The notes under the pieces are model-generated. The model saw nothing but the letters and a program-made list of their open reading frames with translations. It was not told where the DNA came from and ran no database searches. A stretch of DNA of 64,000 nucleotides, taken from NCBI GenBank assembly GCA_964634205.1, contig CAZWKE010000003.1:9268-73267 (forward strand). The letters are read 5' to 3'. Both the position numbers and the translations under genes were made by a program. Positions 35,463-45,740 of the stretch are shown here, one piece after another (positions within the stretch are counted from its first letter, which is position 1; each line of letters starts with the position of its first letter). Origin of the DNA: an uncultured Spirochaetaceae bacterium. GTDB taxonomy: Bacteria > Spirochaetota > Spirochaetia > SZUA-6 > RPPD01.

Positions 35463-36160
35463 GCGGGGTTCTCTAAGCGATAACGGTATCCCAAACCGTA
35501 TACGGTCTCGATATAAGAGAAGCTTTCATCAACCGCCATAAACTTTTTCCGCAGGCGTTTGATATGACTGTCTATGGTGCGGTCACTCACAAAAATATTA
35601 TCAGGGTAGGCCTCTTCCATCAGTTGGCTGCGGGTCTTGACAATTCCGGGGTGTTTGATCAGGGACTGCAAAAGCATAAACTCGGTAATGGTCAGGGGGA
35701 GTGAGGCCTTCTTCCATTTTGCCGTATAGCGCTGTAAATCAAGCTCCAGACTGTCAACCAAAAGGCGTTGCGTGATGTCATCTGTTTTTTCCGAGAGGGC
35801 AAGACGGCGAAACAGTACCTTTACCCGTGTTACCAGTTCGCGCATTGAAAACGGTTTGCACAGATAATCGTCCGCGCCGATCTCAAGCCCCAGCACCCGG
35901 TCGAACTCTTCGTCCTTTGAGGTAAGAAATATTATAGGCAGGTGTTCGGTGACCGCCCGCAGTTTCCGGCACAACTGCAGACCGTCCATCATGGGCATGA
36001 TGATATCAAGGATCAACAGGTCCGGCATATTCCGGCCGAAGGCCTCCCAAGCCTCCTGTCCATTGGCATACGTCTCGGCGCTGAATCCTTCTTTTATTAA
36101 TGCATAGGCCACGGTTTCGCGAATATTTTTTTCATCATCGACTATCGCTACTTTATACAA
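35459..36160 (-). CDS. OmpR-family response regulator
   Basis: 233 aa. MYKVAIVDDE, LLILDIIMP, and a winged-helix C-terminus (YGLGYRY). Its start overlaps the HK stop by 4 bp. Confidence 0.85.
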   Translation of the reverse strand: MYKVAIVDDEKNIRETVAYALIKEGFSAETYANGQEAWEAFGRNMPDLLILDIIMPMMDGLQLCRKLRAVTEHLPIIFLTSKDEEFDRVLGLEIGADDYLCKPFSMRELVTRVKVLFRRLALSEKTDDITQRLLVDSLELDLQRYTAKWKKASLPLTITEFMLLQSLIKHPGIVKTRSQLMEEAYPDNIFVSDRTIDSHIKRLRKKFMAVDESFSYIETVYGLGYRYRLENPA

Positions 36161-36269
36161 TACTACCGTCCTCCTTTTGCCTAGTTACTATATCATAGAG
36201 AAAATAGTTCTCCAAGTAAGCATAATAACTTCCATATTATTTTCATAGTTTGCCTTATTTTCTCCATAT

Positions 36270-36524
36270 TTGCATGCTATAACGGGCACCTTGAGAGGTT
36301 TGATGATGAAACGATTTCTAATACTGTTTACCGCGATGCTTTTTCTCTGTGCGGCGCTGTTACCATGCTTCGGGGCGGATCAGAATAACGACGGCTCACC
36401 GTCCATACACGATGGGCTGCAGTTTGATAAAATATTCATTGCCCTCGGTCTTTTTGGGGTGATATCGGCCGCATTTTTTAACTGGGAGAGCCGGTCAAAA
36501 AACAAGAAAAACAAAAAATCATAA
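36270..36524 (+). CDS. Small hypothetical protein with a hydrophobic N-terminus
   Basis: 84 aa, or about 73 aa from the internal MMKRFLILFTAMLF. Predicted signal peptide or transmembrane helix, a second hydrophobic stretch, and a lysine-rich tail. No homology recognised. Confidence 0.3.
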   Translation: MHAITGTLRGLMMKRFLILFTAMLFLCAALLPCFGADQNNDGSPSIHDGLQFDKIFIALGLFGVISAAFFNWESRSKNKKNKKS

Positions 36525-36566
36525 GTAGTGGTCCAAACCGTGGACCCGGGAAAAGCGGTTTGCCAT

Positions 36567-36821
36567 TTACTTCAACTGAGAGTACGGACAGCGCGGCGCG
36601 TGACTCTTTCCTATGCGGTACAATCCCCGCAAGGTATCGTTTTTATGCTCCACCCGGTATCCCATGTTTTTTAACTTTAACAGCAGTATTTTCCTACGGG
36701 CTTTACTATTCCAACAGGCGGGACAGACACCGATTGTGGCGGACTCTCCTGATTCCAGGGAGATAACCGCTATCATGGCTCTGCCCTGATTAATGGCGTC
36801 TTTTCGCGGCATCAACATTGT
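36567..36821 (-). CDS. Hypothetical small Cys-containing protein (start trimmed to an internal Met)
   Basis: The track ORF 36567..36905 overlaps the VanZ-like gene. The internal Met at 36821 gives about 84 aa with CPACW...CPY cysteines. No recognisable family. This may not be a real gene (see findings). Confidence 0.2.
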   Translation of the reverse strand, partial: TMLMPRKDAINQGRAMIAVISLESGESATIGVCPACWNSKARRKILLLKLKNMGYRVEHKNDTLRGLYRIGKSHAPRCPYSQLK

Positions 36822-36838
36822 GACACACCTCCTCCCGC

Positions 36839-37228
36839 CTATCCTCCGGTTATAACCCGGGCGGGTACCGCTCGTGAAACAAGAGATCCCAGGAGACAAC
36901 CGCAAAAATCCATCACGGCATCCAGTACTTCAGGGCTCCTTCCCGTATATGCCTGCAGCAGTTCGATCCCAATCCCCCAGAGGGTGCAGAACAGTACCGA
37001 AAACAGCAGTGCCCCGCCCGCCGACGGTTTTTTTAGATAAAAAAAGAAATAGGCCGATATACCGAGAAAAAAATACGCGGATGCGTGAAGCAGTTTGTCC
37101 AGATTGGGAATATCCGATTGCGGGATCGCCAGTGTCGGCAGCAGGGAGACGATAAGAATGAAAACCGCTCCGAGGGGAAACAGAATATTAATAAGCAGAT
37201 GAAAACTTTTTTTTCTCAGGTTCCTCAT
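36839..37228 (-). CDS. VanZ-like family membrane protein
   Basis: 129 aa, 3-4 transmembrane helices. Contains DKLLHASAYFFLG and GIGIELLQAYTGR, typical VanZ blocks. Confidence 0.5.
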   Translation of the reverse strand: MRNLRKKSFHLLINILFPLGAVFILIVSLLPTLAIPQSDIPNLDKLLHASAYFFLGISAYFFFYLKKPSAGGALLFSVLFCTLWGIGIELLQAYTGRSPEVLDAVMDFCGCLLGSLVSRAVPARVITGG

Positions 37229-37326
37229 GCCCAGTCCACTATACTCCGGACGATAAAAGCTCCGGCCCTATGATTTACGGACAAGCCGCCCAACAGAAGC
37301 GTCAGTACCGGATTTGACGCCGTTTT

Positions 37327-38034
37327 TTATGCCTCTTCGGTGATAAGCAGAATCTTGGGGTCAAGCTTCAGGTGCAGGTCCTGCGTATCGGCCAGGTCAT
37401 GGTCTTTTTTCAGCTCCAGCCGGATGTGCCCCTTGGCCGGATTCATGGTGATTAGGATCGCGGTTTTATCGATATACGGCAGGAAGACAGTCGGGATACC
37501 ACGCTCATCCGTTTCATACTCTTCATCAGGGAGGGAAGCACTGAACCATAACTCCAGCTGCAGCCGGGCCGCAAACTGTTTCAGCCTGTCAAAATCATCG
37601 GGGTCACCTTGCGAAAACGAATACCCGTCAAAAATAATACAATCGGCGGCAAACGCGCCCTGCGAAATCATTGACTCAAGGCTTTTTATAATCTGCTCGA
37701 TTGAAATCCCCTGCTGGCTGAAATTCATGATGACGCGGTTTTTGATGATCTCATCATGGATTTGCATGGCTTCTTCCAGATTGCGTCTTCCGGCAATCTC
37801 CTGGAAAATATCTTCATACCAGGAGATAATGTGTGAGGTATTGCTGGAAAAAGAAACATGGATGACATGCTTCCCCTGGAATAGCTGGTCCGTGGCAATA
37901 TGTACAAGACATGCGGTTTTACCCACCCCATTGCGTGCCGCAATTATCCCGATATTACCTTTTCCCACACCCCCGTGCGTGGATTTTTCAAAAATACGCA
38001 ATGGACTTTTCTTTATAAGCTCGGCTTTTACCAT
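37327..38034 (-). CDS. KaiC-like RecA-superfamily ATPase (COG0467-type), standalone
   Basis: 235 aa. Walker A GIIAARNGVGKTACL. Walker B-like ADCIIFDGYSF. Starts 24 bp downstream of the fusA stop on the same strand. Confidence 0.5.
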   Translation of the reverse strand: MVKAELIKKSPLRIFEKSTHGGVGKGNIGIIAARNGVGKTACLVHIATDQLFQGKHVIHVSFSSNTSHIISWYEDIFQEIAGRRNLEEAMQIHDEIIKNRVIMNFSQQGISIEQIIKSLESMISQGAFAADCIIFDGYSFSQGDPDDFDRLKQFAARLQLELWFSASLPDEEYETDERGIPTVFLPYIDKTAILITMNPAKGHIRLELKKDHDLADTQDLHLKLDPKILLITEEA

Positions 38035-38058
38035 AATCGTTGTCTCTCCTTTTTTTGG

Positions 38059-40134
38059 CTAATTTTTCTTTTTCTGTGCCTCATGCTCTTTGATTAATTG
38101 TTCCGATATGCTTTGCGGGGTCCTTCCGTACCGCAGGAATTCCATGCTGAACTCGGCCTTTCCCTGTGAGATGGAGCGCAATACCGTTGAATAGCCGAAC
38201 ATTTCACTTAACGGCACCTCAGCCTCGATTTGAGAGAAGGCGGTATCTTCGGTTGTGCTTACGATCATCCCCCTGCGCTGGTTTATACTGGCAAACACAT
38301 TCCCCTGGAACTCATTGGGGCTTTCAACCACTACCTTCATAATGGGCTCAAGGATTACCGGGGCCGCCTTTCGGTATATTTCACGGAACGCACTGATTGC
38401 GGCCTGCTGAAATGCGATATCCGAAGAGTCAACCGGATGGTAACTTCCGTCATTAATGGTCACCTTCAGCCCAACCACGGGGAATCCCAACAGGGCGCCT
38501 TCCTGCAGGGCTTTACGGAAGCCCTTGTCACACGACGGGATGTATTCATTGGGAATAACCCCACCTTTGATCGCGTCCACAAACAGATATTCCTCTTCTT
38601 CACAAGGTTCGATAAATCCGGCCACGCGCGCGAACTGCCCCGCGCCGCCGGTCTGTTTCTTGTGAGTATAGTTGAACTCGACCTTTCTGGTGATGGTCTC
38701 CCGGTAGGCAACCTGCGGCATCCCGGTTTCAAGCTCCACCTTATACTCCCGCTTCATCCGCTCCAGATAGACATCCAGGTGCAGCTCACCCATCCCCTTG
38801 ATAATGGTCTCGTTCGATTCGGGGTCCACATAACTTTGAAAGGTGGGATCTTCCTTGGAAAAGCGGTTTATGGCCTTGGACATATTATCTTCCGATTTTT
38901 TGTCCTTGGGTTTTACGGCCAGGGAGATTACCGGTTGGGGAACAAACATTGAGGTCATGGAATAGTTCATCGCGCTGTCTGTAAAGGTATCCCCCGAGGC
39001 ACAGTCTATGCCGAACAGGGCCACAATATCACCGCTGGGCGCGCTCTCAATATCTTCCATATTATCAGCATGCATACGTACCAGCCTGCCGACGCGAAAC
39101 TTTTTTTGCGCCCGGGAATTATACAGCTCAACACCCTTTTTTATTTCTCCCTGGTAAATACGGATGTAGGTAAGCTGTCCGTACTGACCGTCTTCCAGCT
39201 TAAAGGCCAGGGCCACAGGGGGAAGGGATTTCTCGGATTTCAGTTCAACCGTGGCCTCGTTGTTATCCAGGTCCAGGGCCGTATTCTGTACCTCCGTTGG
39301 GTCGGGCAGAAAAGCAATAACCGCGTCGATCAGCGGCTGCACGCCGATGTTTTTATACGCCGAACCCATAAACACCGGGGTAAGCCGGCACTGTAGTGTG
39401 CCCGCACGTACGGCCTGTATTATCTGTTCGGGGGTCACCGAGCCCTCAAGATAACCTTCGGCCAGTTCATCGGAAAACATGGAAGCCGCATCTAAGAGCG
39501 CTTCGTGTTTTTCATTGGCATCCTGCTGCAGCTCCTGCGGTATCTCTTCGATCCGCATCTCACTGCCGCCGGCACCGTCAAAATATACGGCCTTCATCCT
39601 GACCAGATCCACCACACCCACAAATTTGTCCTCAAGTCCAATGGGAAGCTGCATCAGCACGGCGTTATGCCCCAGCTTTTCATGCAACTGATTTTTTACC
39701 TTCAGCGGATCGGCACCGACCCGGTCACATTTGTTCACAAACGCGATCCTGGGGACGTTATAGCGTTTCAACTGCCTGTCCACGGTGATGGACTGGGACT
39801 GAACCCCTCCGACCGCGCAGAGTACCAGAATGGCACCGTCTAAAACACGCAGCGCCCGTTCCACCTCTATGGTAAAATCAACGTGCCCCGGGGTGTCGAT
39901 AATGTTGATGGAATGTTTTTTCCACTCAACATTGGTGGCGGCGGAAGCAATGGTAATGCCCCTCTCCCGTTCCAGGGCCATTGAGTCCATGGTAGCCCCC
40001 ACTCCGTCCTTTCCCCGCACCTCGTGCATGGCGTGGATTTTCTTACAATAATAGAGAATCCGCTCGGTGAGTGTTGTCTTGCCCGAATCGATATGGGCAC
40101 TGATTCCGATATTGCGCATATTTTGATTGTTCAT
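38059..40134 (-). CDS. fusA: Elongation factor G
   Basis: 691 aa. Begins [29 protein letters not shown], then DTPGHVDF and NKCDR. All five EF-G domains present. Confidence 0.95.
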   Translation of the reverse strand: MNNQNMRNIGISAHIDSGKTTLTERILYYCKKIHAMHEVRGKDGVGATMDSMALERERGITIASAATNVEWKKHSINIIDTPGHVDFTIEVERALRVLDGAILVLCAVGGVQSQSITVDRQLKRYNVPRIAFVNKCDRVGADPLKVKNQLHEKLGHNAVLMQLPIGLEDKFVGVVDLVRMKAVYFDGAGGSEMRIEEIPQELQQDANEKHEALLDAASMFSDELAEGYLEGSVTPEQIIQAVRAGTLQCRLTPVFMGSAYKNIGVQPLIDAVIAFLPDPTEVQNTALDLDNNEATVELKSEKSLPPVALAFKLEDGQYGQLTYIRIYQGEIKKGVELYNSRAQKKFRVGRLVRMHADNMEDIESAPSGDIVALFGIDCASGDTFTDSAMNYSMTSMFVPQPVISLAVKPKDKKSEDNMSKAINRFSKEDPTFQSYVDPESNETIIKGMGELHLDVYLERMKREYKVELETGMPQVAYRETITRKVEFNYTHKKQTGGAGQFARVAGFIEPCEEEEYLFVDAIKGGVIPNEYIPSCDKGFRKALQEGALLGFPVVGLKVTINDGSYHPVDSSDIAFQQAAISAFREIYRKAAPVILEPIMKVVVESPNEFQGNVFASINQRRGMIVSTTEDTAFSQIEAEVPLSEMFGYSTVLRSISQGKAEFSMEFLRYGRTPQSISEQLIKEHEAQKKKN

Positions 40135-40239
40135 TTGTAGTCCCTGATGTATAGTTTCCTTTATTTGGTTTGTCTGTGAATTACCTTGGTGAAGCGGATA
40201 ATATAATAAGCTTCAGCCACAAAGTCAAGTCTCATCATC

Positions 40240-41481
40240 TTAAAAATTCCTCCCAAACACACCCTGTGTTTTTTTAAGGATTAAATCCACGTCAAGCGGT
40301 TTAATCAGGTAACTGTTTACGCCGAAACTGATGGCCTTTATGATGGTATTACGTTGTGAAACCGTGGAAAGAATGATAATGGGCATCCTCATCCCCTTTT
40401 TTTGAAGATAATCCATTACACCGAATCCGTCTATACCCGGCATTAATATATCCAAAAACACCAGGTCAAAGCGCTTTTTTTCACAGGCAAGGATGAACTC
40501 GGTGCCGTTGTTATATTTGTACACCGTCACGCCCGTTTCGGCAAAGGCGGACTCAATCAGCTCCTGAATGAACTCATCATCATCCACCACCGCGATATCC
40601 ACCGGTTTCTCATTTACCTCAATCTCGCTGTGGAACTTCAGTTCAAGACCCGATTCACCCTGTTCACCGCTTTGTTTCGCACTCACCAGATCCTGTTTTA
40701 AAACGGACTTTCCCTCCGGTACAAAGCGGGACACATTCAAATCAAAGATCCGGTCCATTATCTGCTCCAGACGCTGGGCCGTCTCGATTCCCTCATAATC
40801 CTTTTCCGCCTCCAGAAAGGATTTCACGGACGCGGAGTTGGTCAGCACTTTAACGGTGTTTTTTGCCGATCCGGTTGCGTCAAGAATGGTATCGAACAGA
40901 AAGTGAAGCTTCCGGTTGTCACCGGTGGTAAACTTCAGATCGGAGAGGATAATCAGCACCTTGGGCCGGCTTACCCTGAAAATCTGAATGAGCTCGAGGA
41001 TTTTAAACTTCAGTATCTCTATCTTATCTGTATTAAGACCTTTGGCAATCTCGATGAAAAGCACGTTCTCATTAAAATGGACATCCACAATACAGGGGGC
41101 CTTCTCCACCGAAAGGGGCAGCTGTAACGCCTCCGACAAGGACGTCACCAATACGTCCACCTTTATCGGTTTGGGGATTATTTTTATGATGTTGTTTTTC
41201 TTCATATACGCCATATCCATCACCGCATCCGCCGAGGCAATAACGACAACGGGGATATCTTTCACCGCAGGGCTCCGGCTCTTTTTTTCTATTATTTCAG
41301 TGCCTTTCAGCCGGGACAGATGAAAATCCATCACGATCACGTCAGGCTGGGTACTATATATTTTTGAAAGGCCGTCCAGACCGTTCAGGGCAAAAACCAC
41401 CCCCAATCCCAGTCTTCCGCATTTTTCCTTGAGATATTCCCGGAGCAATGGAGATTCATCTATCACAAGTACCTGTTTCAT
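40240..41481 (-). CDS. Dual-receiver response regulator (REC - central STAS-like domain - REC)
   Basis: 413 aa. REC1 has VLVIDESP...VIVMDFHL. REC2 has IAVVDDDEF...DLVFLDILMPGIDG. The central ~160 aa has a SpoIIAA/STAS-like pattern. Confidence 0.65.
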   Translation of the reverse strand: MKQVLVIDESPLLREYLKEKCGRLGLGVVFALNGLDGLSKIYSTQPDVIVMDFHLSRLKGTEIIEKKSRSPAVKDIPVVVIASADAVMDMAYMKKNNIIKIIPKPIKVDVLVTSLSEALQLPLSVEKAPCIVDVHFNENVLFIEIAKGLNTDKIEILKFKILELIQIFRVSRPKVLIILSDLKFTTGDNRKLHFLFDTILDATGSAKNTVKVLTNSASVKSFLEAEKDYEGIETAQRLEQIMDRIFDLNVSRFVPEGKSVLKQDLVSAKQSGEQGESGLELKFHSEIEVNEKPVDIAVVDDDEFIQELIESAFAETGVTVYKYNNGTEFILACEKKRFDLVFLDILMPGIDGFGVMDYLQKKGMRMPIIILSTVSQRNTIIKAISFGVNSYLIKPLDVDLILKKTQGVFGRNF

Positions 41482-41582
41482 ATTTACACTGTATACATTT
41501 AAGATAGTAAGATAAAGTGCTTTTACAAAATTTTCTTTTTACGGGGATGCAAGGTGGGTAAAATACCGCAGGAAGTAAAAAA

Positions 41583-41915
41583 TCAGTGAAAGGACTTTGT
41601 AAACCTGTCCCACAGGGTAAAAAGCGCTTTTTTTTGCGAACGCTCCGGTGCTCCGCCGCTCTTTATCAGTGCCGATAAATACTCCTCAACATCATGCGCC
41701 CTTTCCGATACTTTTCCAAACCCGAAACTTGCCCCGGTACCGCTCAGTTTATGCAGTTCCATATGCAGTCTCAGGGCGGCCTCTCCGTCCCAGGCGTTAC
41801 CCCGCAACAGGGCTATATCCCGTTCCATTTCCCGTATGCGTGCCGGTAGTTTGGCACAAAACTTGTTTTTCAGACTCTGCAGCTTCTTTACCGCCGCAAT
41901 TTTTTCATCATTCAT
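41583..41915 (-). CDS. Hpt (histidine phosphotransfer) domain protein
   Basis: 110 aa. Conserved [15 protein letters not shown] (HxLKG-type phosphohistidine helix). Confidence 0.65.
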   Translation of the reverse strand: MNDEKIAAVKKLQSLKNKFCAKLPARIREMERDIALLRGNAWDGEAALRLHMELHKLSGTGASFGFGKVSERAHDVEEYLSALIKSGGAPERSQKKALFTLWDRFTKSFH

Positions 41916-42302
41916 TCAGCGTTTTTCCCAAATCTTCTTTATCACGTCCGCCAGGGTAAGCGGGTCAAAAGGCTTAAAAATAACATCCAGCGCTCCAAGT
42001 TTCCGATACTCGGCAACCTCCTTGGGCTGCACCTTGGCGGTTAAAAAAATAACAGGGGCGGATGATGTCGTTTCAAGTTTTCGCAAGGCCTTGAAGGTAC
42101 TGACTCCGTCCATATCGGGCATCATCACATCCAGAATAATGAGATCGGGTTTAAACTGCGTCACGACACCCAAAGCCTCCCTGCCGTAGGTGCAGATATA
42201 CACGGTAAAACCGCCCACCTCCTCAAGGGCCAATCTTGCGATCTCCTGAATATCGGGGTCGTCCTCCACGTAGAGTATTTTTTGTAAGGGCTGCTTTGGC
42301 AT
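41916..42302 (-). CDS. Single-domain response regulator (CheY-like receiver)
   Basis: 128 aa. [35 protein letters not shown]. Its stop abuts the Hpt start. Confidence 0.85.
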   Translation of the reverse strand: MPKQPLQKILYVEDDPDIQEIARLALEEVGGFTVYICTYGREALGVVTQFKPDLIILDVMMPDMDGVSTFKALRKLETTSSAPVIFLTAKVQPKEVAEYRKLGALDVIFKPFDPLTLADVIKKIWEKR

Positions 42303-42314
42303 ACGGGGAAACTC

Positions 42315-43640
42315 CTATAGCAGCTCGGCGGCCAGTTCGGCCAGATCGCTTCTTTCGGATTTCAACAGGGTGACATGCCCAAAAAGCGATTGGCCCTTAA
42401 ACGCATCCACCAGATAGGTGAGCCCGTTGGAATTGGCATCCAGGTAGGGGCTGTCAATCTGATACGGGTCTCCCGTAAGCACCATCTTTGAGTTCTCGCC
42501 GGCGCGTGAAACGATTGTTTTGATTTCATGCGGAGTAAGATTTTGGGCCTCATCAATGATGATAAACTGGGAAGGCAGAGAGCGCCCCCTGATGTGTGAG
42601 AGCGCCTCAAGCTCAATCATGTTATTGCTGAGAAGCTGTTCCATACTTTTTATAGACTGGCTTTTATAGACACTGAGAATATATTCCAGGTTGTCAAACA
42701 GCGGCTGCATCCAGTGGGAGAGTTTTTCCGATTTGGCCCCCGGAAGATACCCGATATCCTTGCCCAGGGGGATTACCGGCCTGCTGACCATTACGCGGCT
42801 GTATTTTTTCTCCTCAAGCACCTTATGCAGTCCTGCCGCAATTGCCAGCAGTGTTTTACCGGTCCCGGCTTTTCCCATAATCGTTGCCAGGGTAACCGAA
42901 TCATCAAGCAGGATTTCCAGCACCATGCGCTGCCGTTCATTCAACGGTTTTATACCGCAGACAGACAGGGAAGAACTCTTTACATACCGCAATTCCCTTC
43001 TCCCGCCGTCATACTGGGCAAACTCGGTCTCTGAAACGTCCTTCTGATTAAGGACCACAAATTCATTGGGGGTAAACTCATCATGCCATTCAATATACCC
43101 CTTCTTTTTTAACACATTCATGGTTTCCGCTGAAATATCCACTTCCCGCACACCGGTATACAGCGCATTGATGTCCACCTTTTGTTTTTCATAATCCACC
43201 GCCTTGATTCCCATGGCCGTGGCCTTTATGCGCGCATTGATGTCTTTGGACACAAAAAACACGTGCTTTCCCTCCCGCTGCAGCTTGTAAGCGGTCAACA
43301 GAATTTTATTGTCGTTTTTTTCCAGGTCGATATCGATGGGAATGGTTTTATCATAATGCAGCTCCACCCGCAGCAGCGAACCGTTATCCATCTTAATCCC
43401 CTTGTTTATATCCCCGTGTTTGCTGATTCCGTCCAGAAAGCGGATGGCCTCCCTGGCATTACGTCCCCGCTCATCGCTGTATGATTTAAGGCGGTCAAGC
43501 TCCTCCAGCACGGTGAGGGGAATTACTATTTCATTGTCCCGGAAAGAGTAGATGGCGTCATGCTTATGAATAAAAATATTGGTGTCTATGACAAACGTCT
43601 TTACATTCTTCAATACACACTCCAACTGCGGATAAAACAA
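42315..43640 (-). CDS. PIN-PhoH (YlaK-like) ATPase
   Basis: 441 aa. N-terminal PIN-like region (FVIDTNIFIH). C-terminal PhoH P-loop [19 protein letters not shown] and a DEAQN Walker B. Confidence 0.85.
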   Translation of the reverse strand: MFYPQLECVLKNVKTFVIDTNIFIHKHDAIYSFRDNEIVIPLTVLEELDRLKSYSDERGRNAREAIRFLDGISKHGDINKGIKMDNGSLLRVELHYDKTIPIDIDLEKNDNKILLTAYKLQREGKHVFFVSKDINARIKATAMGIKAVDYEKQKVDINALYTGVREVDISAETMNVLKKKGYIEWHDEFTPNEFVVLNQKDVSETEFAQYDGGRRELRYVKSSSLSVCGIKPLNERQRMVLEILLDDSVTLATIMGKAGTGKTLLAIAAGLHKVLEEKKYSRVMVSRPVIPLGKDIGYLPGAKSEKLSHWMQPLFDNLEYILSVYKSQSIKSMEQLLSNNMIELEALSHIRGRSLPSQFIIIDEAQNLTPHEIKTIVSRAGENSKMVLTGDPYQIDSPYLDANSNGLTYLVDAFKGQSLFGHVTLLKSERSDLAELAAELL

Positions 43641-43665
43641 AGCTTACTATGATTCATCTAAAATT

Positions 43666-44331
43666 TCAATTTGTTTTGATAATTGAGAGTAAAAACTTTT
43701 CCAGATCATGGTAATATTTAAAGGTCAGATCGGCAATACTGGCTTTAAAGGGTTTATGACTGAGATGCGCTGTTTTTATTCCCACCCGCGAAGCACCCAC
43801 AATATCATACTGATAATTGTTCCCCACATACAGGGTTTCCTCCGCGGAGGTATGCAGCCGGCGCAGCAGCTCCAGGAAAGGCTGTGGGTGCGGTTTCAAA
43901 TAACCGGTTTCTTCCGAGGAAAATGCACAGTCCCAGATGCCTTCCAACTTCAGGTGATTCAGTTTTTTTTGCACGGGAAGGTCTGAAAGCACCCCAATTC
44001 TTATATCCATTTTTTTGAGTTTTAATAAAATTTCTTTCACCCCGGGATAAGGCTTTATATGACAAAAAACCTCCGGCCACTGTGAATATATGATTTTTGT
44101 AATACGCTGCCGGGCCTTTTCTTCTGAAATACGCATACGCTGTGCCAGCAGATGGGATTGCAGCGCATAGAAATCTTTTACGTCGCGATGATGTCTGATC
44201 TGTTTTCTCACTATTCTGAAATTATTAATAAACCGGAGGTTGTGCACAACCAGCGGAATTGAGGCAAAGAACATTTTATAATCCGGGTAAAGAGTTCCGT
44301 CGATGTCAAAGGCAACCGCTTTTATCTGCAT
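43666..44331 (-). CDS. HAD-superfamily hydrolase
   Basis: 221 aa. Motif I AVAFDIDGTLY. Confidence 0.8.
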   Translation of the reverse strand: MQIKAVAFDIDGTLYPDYKMFFASIPLVVHNLRFINNFRIVRKQIRHHRDVKDFYALQSHLLAQRMRISEEKARQRITKIIYSQWPEVFCHIKPYPGVKEILLKLKKMDIRIGVLSDLPVQKKLNHLKLEGIWDCAFSSEETGYLKPHPQPFLELLRRLHTSAEETLYVGNNYQYDIVGASRVGIKTAHLSHKPFKASIADLTFKYYHDLEKFLLSIIKTN

Positions 44332-44416
44332 ATGAATATCAACCTGTATGTTATACTGAACGACCTACACGATAATATACCGAGGCAAATGCAAAAATCA
44401 ATATCTTTTTTAAATT

Positions 44417-45709
44417 TTACGGTGTATCGGGCGAAAAAACGCCGGAGGCATTGATCCTTACCAGGTGTATAAAATCATCCCGGTAGAGAGAAATAAACTC
44501 GTCAATCGTCTTTTCCTTGTGTTGATCCAATTCAACCAAGCGGAACCCCCCGCTTTCATCAAAATAGGGGAACAGCACCGCCACATGAAAATGGCTGTGC
44601 ATCAGTGGATTTTTCGGGTATATCATATTCACCGAGCCAAGGTAGAAATTCCCCGGTTCCGCGGCCGCAAGGATAAACATAATCAGTTTCAAATGTTTTA
44701 CCTGGTAGCCGCTGTCCTCCCGGTACTGAAAAAATTTGACGGAACGCACATCCGCGGCCTCAAATGACGGCGCAACCTGTGAACGCGCCTCCTCCAGGCC
44801 GGCGGCCAGGTTCCTGGTCCAGTCCAGTCCGAAGTAAAGATCACGATATTTGTAATACTCCTTGTTCCACCTGTTTCCGCGCAGGGTTTCATGTTTTTGT
44901 TTCAGGGTGTTGATATCTATATAAGAACCCGCCAGCGGCTTATAGAACCCGTCCACAACCCATTTTGCAAAGCCCGAGCAGTTAAATCCATGAGGATTCT
45001 CCTGGCGGTCTCCCGATTCGATAAAGACAAAATCCCCTTTGCTGTTCTGCGCTCCGTCTTCCACCTCTTTTACGCGGCCGTGCAGGGTCAGTATTTTCTC
45101 AAGCACATTTCCGACATCCCGGTAATCCTCACTTTTCCCCTGATACAGGATAAGCTGCCAATCGATACTGTTCTCGGTGAGCCTGACAACCTTTAAAAAG
45201 GGTTCAAACATCAGCACCGTAAAATCTATCGGCAGGATGATATTCCTGTATACGGGTTCATTAAAAAGAAAAACCTCCAATACACAACGCTGACCATCCG
45301 GTACGATTTTAAGATAACAGTACGGTTCATTGCGCAGCACAACTTTCATCCATTGAAACGTGCCGTTTTCCATGCTGCGCTTGATAATATAGGTACCCTG
45401 GGAGTCCAGGTGAAATCCTTTTTCCGTTTCCGTGATAAACGAATAAAACAGGTCGCGGCCCCTGATGAACTTTTCGAATTTAACCCGGTAGTCCTTTCCC
45501 CAGACGGGAAAGTATTGTACGCTTTGCCTGACATCCAGAAGGGACTCCAGCACTTCATCCTTTATCTGCCGACGAATCTCGTAGTTTTCCGGAAAGTTGA
45601 AAAATTCGGCACCGAAGGAATCCTGTGTATAAGCCGTAATATTCGAAACACCGGCCCGGAAGCAAAGAAACAAAAATAATAGATATAAAAACACCCGCTT
45701 TTTTTGCAT
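44417..45709 (-). CDS. Hypothetical secreted protein
   Basis: 430 aa. Signal peptide MQKKRVFLYLLFLFLCFRAGVS. No recognised domain. Confidence 0.45.
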   Translation of the reverse strand: MQKKRVFLYLLFLFLCFRAGVSNITAYTQDSFGAEFFNFPENYEIRRQIKDEVLESLLDVRQSVQYFPVWGKDYRVKFEKFIRGRDLFYSFITETEKGFHLDSQGTYIIKRSMENGTFQWMKVVLRNEPYCYLKIVPDGQRCVLEVFLFNEPVYRNIILPIDFTVLMFEPFLKVVRLTENSIDWQLILYQGKSEDYRDVGNVLEKILTLHGRVKEVEDGAQNSKGDFVFIESGDRQENPHGFNCSGFAKWVVDGFYKPLAGSYIDINTLKQKHETLRGNRWNKEYYKYRDLYFGLDWTRNLAAGLEEARSQVAPSFEAADVRSVKFFQYREDSGYQVKHLKLIMFILAAAEPGNFYLGSVNMIYPKNPLMHSHFHVAVLFPYFDESGGFRLVELDQHKEKTIDEFISLYRDDFIHLVRINASGVFSPDTP

Positions 45710-45740
45710 ATACTTATGTTTCGGCTGCCGCCGGGGAAAG

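Noticed and set aside
36530-36546. Hairpin GGTCCA-AACCG-TGGACC after the small ORF 36270..36524
   Set aside because: No U-tract follows on either strand, so it is not a canonical intrinsic terminator. Kept only as part of the unexplained-region finding.
37340-38062. 240-aa plus-strand ORF opposite the KaiC-like ATPase
   Set aside because: Ser/Cys-rich low-complexity translation. The minus strand has Walker A and B motifs, so the minus-strand gene was kept.
38230-38952. 240-aa plus-strand ORF inside fusA
   Set aside because: Antisense shadow inside a highly conserved gene.
40256-40282. Hairpin AACACA-CCC-TGTGTT followed by a T7 run (terminator-like on the plus strand)
   Set aside because: It lies inside the last codons of the minus-strand dual-REC gene. 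On the coding (minus) strand an A-run precedes the hairpin, so it cannot terminate that transcript. No plus-strand gene lies upstream.
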